Assembly (NCBI GenBank): GCA_002841825.1
Contig: PHAZ01000001.1
Span: forward strand, 3,107-67,106
From: Deltaproteobacteria bacterium HGW-Deltaproteobacteria-22
GTDB taxonomy: Bacteria; Myxococcota_A; Polyangia; HGW-17
Length of the DNA stretch: 64,000 bases
Reading direction: 5' to 3'
Positions 53,901 through 61,700 of this stretch are shown piece by piece; within the stretch, counting starts at the first letter, position 1; the number at the start of each line of letters is the position of its first letter. Under the pieces are notes generated by a model. That model had not been told where the DNA came from. It saw only the letters and a list, made by a program, of their open reading frames with translations, and did no database searches. A program made the position numbers and the translations under genes.

Positions 53901-54125
53901 GTTTCGTGCCGGCCGATCCGCCTCGCTTCCCGTCAGCGCCAGTGCATCCATTTCCTCAGGCAACAGCAGGCGGCATTGCGCCAGGTCTGAAAGTCGCTTC
54001 ACCATTTCCGCAAAGGCCAGAAGCGACAACCGTGATGTCACGACATCCAACCGATTTCCGACTTCCAGCGCCGACGCCAGGTGATCCATGACGCGGTCGC
54101 TTCCGACATTGCGCACGATTCTCAT
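50904..54125 (-). CDS. SNF2-family helicase with about 220-aa N-terminal extra domain
   Basis: Motif [14 protein letters not shown]. Motif II [12 protein letters not shown]. Motif III [9 protein letters not shown]. C-terminal helicase domain [43 protein letters not shown]. 4-bp overlap with the DUF4391 gene. Confidence 0.85.
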   Translation of the reverse strand: [1073 protein letters not shown]

Positions 54126-54537
54126 GTTGGACTCCTTGGATGGTCGACCATTTCATTCGCAGCCACCTGCAGCGGCTCCTTCCGGAGTATGGCAGAGGGG
54201 AGAAAAAGTCAAGGATTGGTGGGTCTCATTGCAAGCACAACGAAGACACCACCCAGCAGGTGGACAGTCTGTGGTTCATGATCCCTGAATGGGAGTAAAA
54301 GTCCTTGGCTCTTGTTTCCGAAATTTTCAACTTGACCCTTCAATAAATTTTACTAGTATTGCTTTATAGCCATTTGTCCACTTGTACTTAGAATTTTTTA
54401 CTGTCAGCTAATATTGGTCATTGGTGTTAAATGGAGCTGGTTCATACAGAAACACGGAGTCAACTTTTTCCATATGATCGCGTTAGCATTGATCGTCCTT
54501 TACACGATGAGTTAAAAATTCTCACGGGAGTGTGTGC

Positions 54538-54810
54538 ATGCCTACTTTAATTAGCCCAAATACCCTACCGCGTGGCACGGTTGCCTATAACATGCTATCC
54601 AAATTCAAGGATCTACTTCAAGCAAAGCAAAGGCACCGTATCGTCGTTACGACACCTGACTACTATCAGATCGAAATTCTGTGGGGACTATTCAGTCTGG
54701 AGAAAGGTGAAAAGAGAGAGTTTCTCATTGAAGGTGGACCAGAGTTCTGCGCGGCAGTTCTCCAGTCGCTGCGGTCTGATGCTAAGATCCTGAAACTCTT
54801 GGAGCAGTAA
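54538..54810 (+). CDS. Hypothetical protein in an AT-rich segment
   Basis: ATG with GGGAG Shine-Dalgarno 7 nt upstream. 90 aa, no recognisable motif. Low-GC codon usage unlike the flanks. Confidence 0.4.
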   Translation: MPTLISPNTLPRGTVAYNMLSKFKDLLQAKQRHRIVVTTPDYYQIEILWGLFSLEKGEKREFLIEGGPEFCAAVLQSLRSDAKILKLLEQ

Positions 54811-54842
54811 CCGAGTTATGTATCGGGAAAAAGGAGTTGCTC

Positions 54843-54995
54843 ATGCGAAAATTCACCGTAATAGCGGTATTGATTTCCATTTTAGCGGCCATTTCGCTTA
54901 CTGCTTGCCCACCTGGTGGTGATGACGAGGCCACAAAGCGCGGCGGAGGGGGAAAGCAACAGCCCTACAATCCAAATGACGGACGCTATAAATAA
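54843..54995 (+). CDS. Small lipoprotein (50 aa)
   Basis: AAGGAG Shine-Dalgarno 7 nt upstream. MRKFTVIAVLISILAAISLTAC lipoprotein signal. Gly-rich mature peptide. Confidence 0.45.
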   Translation: MRKFTVIAVLISILAAISLTACPPGGDDEATKRGGGGKQQPYNPNDGRYK

Positions 54996-55006
54996 GGAGG
55001 TTGAAA

Positions 55007-55150
55007 ATGTGGACATTGGTTCTTGCAGATGAGTGGCTGTTTGGCTGGAGTAGGGGAATGTGGAAGGTCATGGCTATTATTATCATTGTTATCTTTATTC
55101 TCACTCGCGGAAAAATGACCTTTAAGGACGACGATAATGATGAAGAATAG
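55007..55150 (+). CDS. Small single-TM membrane peptide (47 aa)
   Basis: AAGGAGG Shine-Dalgarno. Hydrophobic core KVMAIIIIVIFIL. Acidic C-terminus DDDNDEE. Confidence 0.4.
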   Translation: MWTLVLADEWLFGWSRGMWKVMAIIIIVIFILTRGKMTFKDDDNDEE

Positions 55151-55181
55151 CTAATATAAACAACATATGGGAGCAGGAAAC

Positions 55182-55400
55182 ATGACAAAGAAATGTTTTT
55201 TTCCACTGTTGATATCCTTCATTTTTTTCGGGAATTCTTCTTGTAACAACTCGAATAAGGAGAAATGCAATAGTTATCAACAATGCTTAGATAATTGGGC
55301 ACGGGGAGATGGACCGCAAGTTTCCGCTAGCGAAATTTATGCATATTGCGCAAACCAAAGCGGAATCAGTGTCCCATCAAATCCTAATAAATGCGATTGA
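55182..55400 (+). CDS. Small secreted Cys-rich peptide (putative lipoprotein, five Cys in the mature part)
   Basis: GGAG Shine-Dalgarno. Signal MTKKCFFPLLISFIFFGNSSC. Mature roughly 50 aa with C-x4-C...C...C spacing. Confidence 0.45.
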   Translation: MTKKCFFPLLISFIFFGNSSCNNSNKEKCNSYQQCLDNWARGDGPQVSASEIYAYCANQSGISVPSNPNKCD

Positions 55401-55417
55401 TTCCTTATTCTTCTTGC

Positions 55418-55463
55418 CTATTCCGGAGCATCGTGGACACCTATTCCGGAGCATCGTGGACAG
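55418..55463. repeat. Tandem 23-bp direct repeat x2 (CTATTCCGGAGCATCGTGGACA[C/G])
   Basis: Two adjacent copies with one mismatch, immediately downstream of the small-peptide genes. Confidence 0.8.
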
Positions 55464-55533
55464 CATCCGTGAAATAGCATGATGCCTTTTTGTGAGGCCG
55501 CAACTGACCCTGGATTTGAATTTCATGACGCCT

Positions 55534-55559
55534 AAAAAAGTCTGGGTTTCCCCAGACTT
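55534..55559 (-). terminator. Rho-independent terminator for the minus-strand operon ending with the Cas4-like gene
   Basis: Minus-strand hairpin AAGTCTGGG-GAAA-CCCAGACTT followed by TTTTTT. Lies 30 nt downstream of the stop at 55589. Confidence 0.65.
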
Positions 55560-55588
55560 GAAGATCAAATATTCATTGTGTGGTGGGT

Positions 55589-56422
55589 TCAGTCCTGACT
55601 GGCGCACATGCTCCTGTAGCTGCAGCCGCCGCATCTCCAACTCCTGTGTTTAGGCAGGACGAGCTGGGGATGGTCGTGGGACAGGGCAAGGGAGATGATT
55701 GTGGAGGCGGATGCGGCCAGGGTCAGGGCGCCTCGCTCCTCTTTGGCGGGGTCATGGCGGGCGATGGTCTGGAGGGTGACTGCAGGAATTTTGGATTTTT
55801 GGAGGAACTGATACTGCAGGGAGACATCATCGACGTCGAAGATAGTCTTGGCCGCGAGTGAATACAAAGACATCTGAGTGTCCGGTGCGGCGACCTTGTC
55901 GTTGTCGATGCGCGCAGCCGTCTTGTGGTCGGTCACGACGATCTGTCCGTTGCGTTCTTCGACGAGATCGAAGGTACCGAGCAGGCACTCCGGGAGTTGC
56001 TCGCCCGAGAACGGGTTCACTAGCGGGAGAACAAACTTGAATTCAACGGCAAGGATGTGGGCAGGACGGTAGCCGGTGGCCAGGAAGGCCGTCAGCATCG
56101 CGCTGGCCTGCGACTTTAGCGAATCGATGGACTCGCCCTTCTTGAACGAGATGGGTGCTCTCTGCGGGGCATCGATGGCCGCCGAGGCCACGTCGACGAG
56201 TTCGGTGAGCGTCGGCTCCGTGCCGGACTGCTTCACGGAATTGTAGAAATAAGCGAGCGATTCGTGCACCGCGGACCCTAGGATGAGCGCGGCGCCGGTG
56301 TCTTGGGGCGGTTGCCCTTGGATGTAGTGGTAGAGGAATTCGCGGGGGCACTCAATGAGGGTGGAGATCGAGGAGGCCGAGAGGTGAAGTGCTTCATCTT
56401 GCGGAACGGGATTTGTAACCAT
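55589..56422 (-). CDS. PD-(D/E)xK nuclease-superfamily protein, Cas4/RecB-like, with C-terminal Cys cluster
   Basis: Motifs around QIVVTDHKTA (D..E.K core). Three C-terminal Cys (CGGCSYRSMC) plus an N-terminal Cys (IEC), the Cas4/AddB-type Fe-S arrangement. No cas1/cas2 or CRISPR nearby. Confidence 0.6.
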   Translation of the reverse strand: MVTNPVPQDEALHLSASSISTLIECPREFLYHYIQGQPPQDTGAALILGSAVHESLAYFYNSVKQSGTEPTLTELVDVASAAIDAPQRAPISFKKGESIDSLKSQASAMLTAFLATGYRPAHILAVEFKFVLPLVNPFSGEQLPECLLGTFDLVEERNGQIVVTDHKTAARIDNDKVAAPDTQMSLYSLAAKTIFDVDDVSLQYQFLQKSKIPAVTLQTIARHDPAKEERGALTLAASASTIISLALSHDHPQLVLPKHRSWRCGGCSYRSMCASQD

Positions 56423-56780
56423 GGGATTCTCCTCCGATCAGTTCGGAAATCAGCGTACTGGCTTCCTTGGTCGACAGATAGTTCAGCGCCTTGCTGAAGC
56501 GAGCCTTGCAGCTCGCGTCGAAGGCGTTCCAATTGCCGTCGAGTTTCTCGTTACACAGCTTACGCAGCATGGCGAGCTGGCGGCTGCTGATGCGACCTTT
56601 CTCATCGATAGCGGGGGCAGGCGTTTCGTTGGTGACGGGAAGCGGCGTGCTGTTGGTGGTCGCGGGAATGTGGCTGTTGGCGGGGTGAACGAGGATCAGC
56701 ACCTCGGCGATCTCTTTGCAGATCTCGTGGAGGTTCTGACCGATGTGGTCGAGATGGTTGCGAAGTTGTTCTTGTTCCAT
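56394..56780 (-). CDS. Hypothetical island protein, paralog B
   Basis: AAGGAG Shine-Dalgarno. C-terminal ISSRQLAMLRKLCNEKLDGNWNAFDASCKARFSKALNYLSTKEASTLISELI aligns with the protein at 39745..40209. Track ORF trimmed to MEQEQL. Confidence 0.55.
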   Translation of the reverse strand: MEQEQLRNHLDHIGQNLHEICKEIAEVLILVHPANSHIPATTNSTPLPVTNETPAPAIDEKGRISSRQLAMLRKLCNEKLDGNWNAFDASCKARFSKALNYLSTKEASTLISELIGGESHGYKSRSAR

Positions 56781-56943
56781 AACAAATCTCCTTGGATTGA
56801 AGCGGGTTATTTGCGCTTCTTGGGGTGGCGGTTGTTTTGCGACGGTTGCGGTTGCGGCGGAGAAGCCGGGATCCAAGCGACGACGATCTCGGCAACTTGC
56901 AAAATGAGGCAAATAACTTTCGGGTTCATGTGGTGATCTCCTT

Positions 56944-57930
56944 TCAGGCCGCTGCGAGTTGCATGGCCAGTTGCAGTGCGGTTTCTTTGACCTGCATGCC
57001 CTGTCCGAACCAGGCAGAATACATTCGGCTATCAGGGTTGTTGAGATTGCGTGAGTGGTCAACGAACTCCGAAACTGCATTCAGTGCGCGCCAGAAATTC
57101 GTCGCTGTGATATCGGTGCCGCGGCCGTTCTCGAAGAGTGCGGTAATTCGATCGCGGATTGAGCGAGCGCTGTTGCGCTTGGCGGTTTCGGCGGGATCGG
57201 GGAAGAGGCGGGTGAGGTACTCGCTCAACTGGAAGGTGTTGATGCTGCGCTGGGCCAGGTAACGGTACAGGTCGGCACTCTGCTCAAACTGGGCATTCAC
57301 GCCGGCCAGGTATTCAGCGACGTTCTGGATCCTGGCGACTGCACCGGCCGTGTGTCGGATGCTGATTCGCTTGTGCTTATCGGCGCGGGCTGTGGCCATG
57401 GCGAGGGTGTTCGAGCAGACCACGCGGATCGGCGTGAACATGATGCGGACGGGGCTGCTTCCGTCATGGGAATTTGAGAGCAGCAGATACTTGTCGACAA
57501 CGTCGTCTCCGGCAATGCGAAGGTTTCCATTGAGACGTGCGAGAACAAATACGGTTCGGCCGCCGCGAAGACTGCCGGCCGTGTGATACTCCACCATTCC
57601 CGTTTCGACGATCCGATTGAAAAACTCGAATGCAGCCTCATTCTGTACAGGGCGATATTGGTCGCCCACGACGCCGAGAGTTTGATAGGTGGGGGTGGTG
57701 TCGGCCTGCGTGATCTTGCGAACGACGGCGAAATGCCTCGGCACGCTCAGTGCATGCCACGTGTTGTTGTCCTGCACGATCGCTTCCAACGGCGTCTTGA
57801 AAACACTCCATCCGAGTCCTGCGGAAACAATCGCAGCAGCAGCGGTGGGCGGTGCGTCGGCAAGCAAAACGCCAAGGCCATGCCAGGCTGGCTTCTGAAC
57901 GAAGAATCCATTTTCAAACTGATGGCTCAT
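56944..57930 (-). CDS. DUF932-family protein (phage/plasmid-associated)
   Basis: 328 aa. Overall similarity to DUF932/TIGR03299-type proteins common on integrative elements (MSHQFENGFF...GVV.DQY.PVQN...SLRGGRTVF...). Assignment from memory. Confidence 0.5.
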   Translation of the reverse strand: MSHQFENGFFVQKPAWHGLGVLLADAPPTAAAAIVSAGLGWSVFKTPLEAIVQDNNTWHALSVPRHFAVVRKITQADTTPTYQTLGVVGDQYRPVQNEAAFEFFNRIVETGMVEYHTAGSLRGGRTVFVLARLNGNLRIAGDDVVDKYLLLSNSHDGSSPVRIMFTPIRVVCSNTLAMATARADKHKRISIRHTAGAVARIQNVAEYLAGVNAQFEQSADLYRYLAQRSINTFQLSEYLTRLFPDPAETAKRNSARSIRDRITALFENGRGTDITATNFWRALNAVSEFVDHSRNLNNPDSRMYSAWFGQGMQVKETALQLAMQLAAA

Positions 57931-58518
57931 GATTCAATCCTTTTCTGTTGATTTAATTATTGTTTTTGTCGGGGTGGGTTAATTGACAGGGTGGGAGAAA
58001 TGGCGGGTTTGAGGGTGGGTCCTTGTTGTTCATAGAAGTGCTCCTGGTATGGGTTTCAGGCGGTTTTTGCTTGGTGACGCGGATGCGGTTTTTGGGTGCG
58101 GATGCGGGTGTGTGTTTGCGGACGTTTGGGTGTTTCTAGGACGGGCGTTTGGAAGGGAAAAGTGGCAGGTAAATGCGGTGGTTTGCGGTGAGGTTGTGGT
58201 GAGGTGTTTTTCGCGGGGTCGGTTGCGGGTTTTCAGGCAGGCAGGAACGCAAAAGTGCGCTCCTTATGGTTCTTGTACCAGAAAAATGCGGATAATCAGG
58301 TTATGGATGCTCAATTCCCAGCGACAGACGAGAAAGTCAGATCGGGGAGCACGTTGCCCAGTTCATCGACGAGGCCAACACGCACAGGCGACCAAACTGA
58401 GCGACCAAGCTCAACAAGGCGCTCCCGAGGCCAGTGGCGGTGCAGGCGGTAGAGGACGTTGCCGTCGGGTGTCAAGGGCGATTGAGATGCGGTCGAGCGC
58501 AAACGGGGCACGCAACCC

Positions 58519-58770
58519 TTAGCGGCAGAGCTGCTCGAGTCCGGCGCGATCCTCGGGCGCCCCCGTGTGGAAGGCGTGAAGGGAGAAACCATCGACCTTG
58601 GATTCCTCTGCGTCTTCGTCGCGGTCCTCGGCAATGTGCTTGAGCTTGAGGCAGGCGCAATCGACACTGCTGTCACCGTCGTAGTCGAGGGCGTCGGCGC
58701 AGACGCGGCCGTCCCACCCAGTGTCGTGCCACGGGACGCGGATGGAGATGTGTTTCAACGGGTAGTTCAT
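58519..58770 (-). CDS. Small ORF translationally coupled (ATGA) to the RT-nitrilase gene; unrecognised N-terminal motif IRVPWHDTGWDGRVC; possibly frameshifted
   Basis: ATG overlaps the RT stop codon. 83-aa ORF. A second frame continues coding-like sequence to about 58311. Confidence 0.35.
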   Translation of the reverse strand: MNYPLKHISIRVPWHDTGWDGRVCADALDYDGDSSVDCACLKLKHIAEDRDEDAEESKVDGFSLHAFHTGAPEDRAGLEQLCR

Positions 58771-61700
58771 CCCAAACCTGCCGGAGGCGACTTCCAAGGC
58801 GACTCCGGCGCGAGTGCTTTGATCCTGCGCGCTATGACATGGTCGATGTTATTGATTTCGAAGAAGGCTACCGAAGCTTGCGGTTGTCCATGAAGGTGGA
58901 ACATCTGCCGTTGGTACTCCTTTCCCCAGGGATGGTACGCATTGCTGCCACCATACTCGCCGTTGTTTGCGATAACGACATACTGAAACATGTGGTAATG
59001 CAGCGCCAATGCCATTTGATCGAACGTGCCCACGTCCCTGTTCAGCGCTGGGATCGCGAATACATCAGAATGGTGACGAAGGTCTGCGGCCAACGCCAGA
59101 TCTGTCGCGTCGTAGCAGACGGCCGCGGTAAGCCACAGTGGCGGATCTGCTAACATGCTCGACCAGTCGTAGCCCACCAACCACTGACAAGGGCGCCAAC
59201 CTTGCACGACAACTTTCGGATTGTTCAACTTTGTCTCACCTGCGGCGAGGTGATGCTTTCCTTGCCGTCGAATGAGAGTCTGCAACCCGTGAGCTGCCGA
59301 CCAGGTCGGCATTATCCAAATGGCGGAATTGACCAGCGGCTGACCAGCGAACAATTCTTGGTAAGTCAGTCCCGCCAAGATGATGGCCCTGTGCTTGCGA
59401 GCAAACGGAATGAGGTGTGTCTTCACATCAAGTGGATGCACGGCAAGTTCCGGCAGAATTAGCCAATCGAGGCGACCATCGAGACCCATGTGCGTCTCAC
59501 GCAGATCGAGCATTCGCTCGATCGCTGCCAGAGCGGCAGACAAATGATTACGGTGCGTCTTGCGAATGCCCCGTTCGGACAAACTAAGATCGTCAACCGC
59601 TGCAGCGGTGATGATGTCGCTGGAGGTCGGCGTAACGGTCTGCACCACACAAGCCCGTAGTGGTCGCGTCTTCTTCTTCCCGTCAGGCCGCGAGGTATTG
59701 AACGGCAGAAGAAGAACACCGCTTGAACCACCTTGCATCCTATCGAGTTTCGATTGGCGCTCTTCAATAAGGGCGAGCAAGGCGAGAACGCCGCCTTCGG
59801 TCTGTCGGTCCATCTCTGAAATTTGACACCCTGGCCATCGAAGCAACGAGAAAAGCAACTGCTCAATCCAGTCCGAGATCGGCAGCCAGTCATCGCCAAA
59901 CGCCGAGTGCCCGTTGAAGAGACCGTAGAGCCTTTGATACCAATGGCTCTCCGCTGCTCGGTACGTTGTTGCGGTCTCCTTCCAACTGGGCGGGCGCACA
60001 ATCTTTGTGAAGTCTTGGCGCGCTGTCAGAATGAATCGAAGTAGATATCCAAGCTGAAATCGCCAACGCTTGTCAGCAGGGCACCATCGGGGCGGGCGGT
60101 ACATGGACCCGGCAGGTGTGACTCGGCTTGACGCGACGGAGACCGTGTCTTTTTCGGATAGTCCTTTCGCGGAATCCTGAACCCTAATGCGGACGTCTTC
60201 TGGGGTGATGACGTCATCCATTGCTGCCTCGGGCAATGCCTTCAGAAACTTTGAGGCGAAGCGAAGCACGGCGAGCTCGTTCCGTAGCGAACCGTTGGGC
60301 GTACCTTGAAGGACTATTTCGGCGAGCGACATCCCTGACTCGGCTCCAGCACGCAGCCGCAGGCAAAGATCATCACGCAAGCGCGGGGTGACGCTGGCAG
60401 CAAGGTCGGGCCGCGATTCAAGTATCTCCAATGCAAAGGACGGATCTCGCTCGCCGATCTGCTCGAGCCGGCTGGATGTGACACCATCGCGCACCAGCTC
60501 AATCGCTGTTTCTCGTCCGCAAAACGATCGACGCGCCAAGACGGCCAGCGTAGAAAAGTCCCCTCCCTTAATACGGTCGCCCTCGTTTCTGAGGAAGCGG
60601 ATCAACTCGCGGTAATGTTTCGTCTCCGGGTTGGTTCCTCCCCGTTGGACTGGTGCGTCCTTGGGGTCGTTTGCCGCGAGATACAAGAATGCCTGCTGCC
60701 TGAGATACCAAGGCAGCGCCGCTGGGGGTAACTCAGCAAGGCGCACCGCCTCCTGCCGCAGGAGCTTTCGATAGGCATCGATGTCGATACCTTTTGGCAT
60801 AGGCTCGCCTGTTTCAACGAAACCGGTCTCCGTGGCGCCAGCCCGCAACACTTCCGAGAGGCAGTACCACGCCACCCGTCGCGGTGCCCCTCGATGTCCT
60901 CCCTTAACGGTGAACGGTCGTAACAGGTCGAGCACACTTTGAAGAACAACCTCCGCCGGCCAAAGGTCCAACCCGATGCGAAGCAGGCGCACATTCGAGG
61001 GGTCTTCGACCCAACTTTCGATGAGGCCGAGGGCAAACGATCTGGCTTCATCATCAAGCTCGCTCTGAGTGCGAGCTACACCGGCGCGACTTGCTGCGTC
61101 CTCGTTCGCGTACACCTCGACTGACGTGTCCGGCTCTACGCGGTCCGCTAGGAGCGGTCTCAGGGAACGATAGGTGCTTCTGAACCGCGCTGCGGCGAAA
61201 CGCTCAACTGTGGCGTCGAGTACATCTGTGACGGGTGCGAATGCCCAACTTTGTCCGTCGATTCGCTGTGCCGAATAGCGCTGTTGGGACTGAATCAGCC
61301 CTTGGACAGCATTAAGGATGTCTTCGCCGCCAATTGCATCGAAGCCGCCGGAGATTGCGCCCTGAATGCGCGCCATCTTCCGGCTCTGCCGCACCAAAGG
61401 TCGCTCATCCCCTCCGAAGTTCGCGGCCCTGGTCTTCTCGGCAGAGACCTGCAAACCATGGGCTTGCTCATCAAGCAACTCCTGAAGCCATTTCGTTGAA
61501 AGCTGCTCGATGTCAGGGAGTGTCTTCTTTTCCGTGACCCCCAAGACAATGCGGAGATCATCGACGTACCGGCAAACATCCTTGACGACGACTCCAGGCT
61601 CGATCTCCTGAGACACGGTTTCCCGCAATCCTTGGTCAAAATCGAGCAACACGACGTTTGCAAAGAAACCGGATGCGACCAATCCTTGGGGAAGCGCGAC

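Noticed and set aside
58049-58522. 157-aa plus-strand ORF in the GT-skewed tract
   Set aside because: Translation is dominated by G/C/V/R from the skewed composition. No start context. More likely non-coding. The tract is reported as a finding instead.
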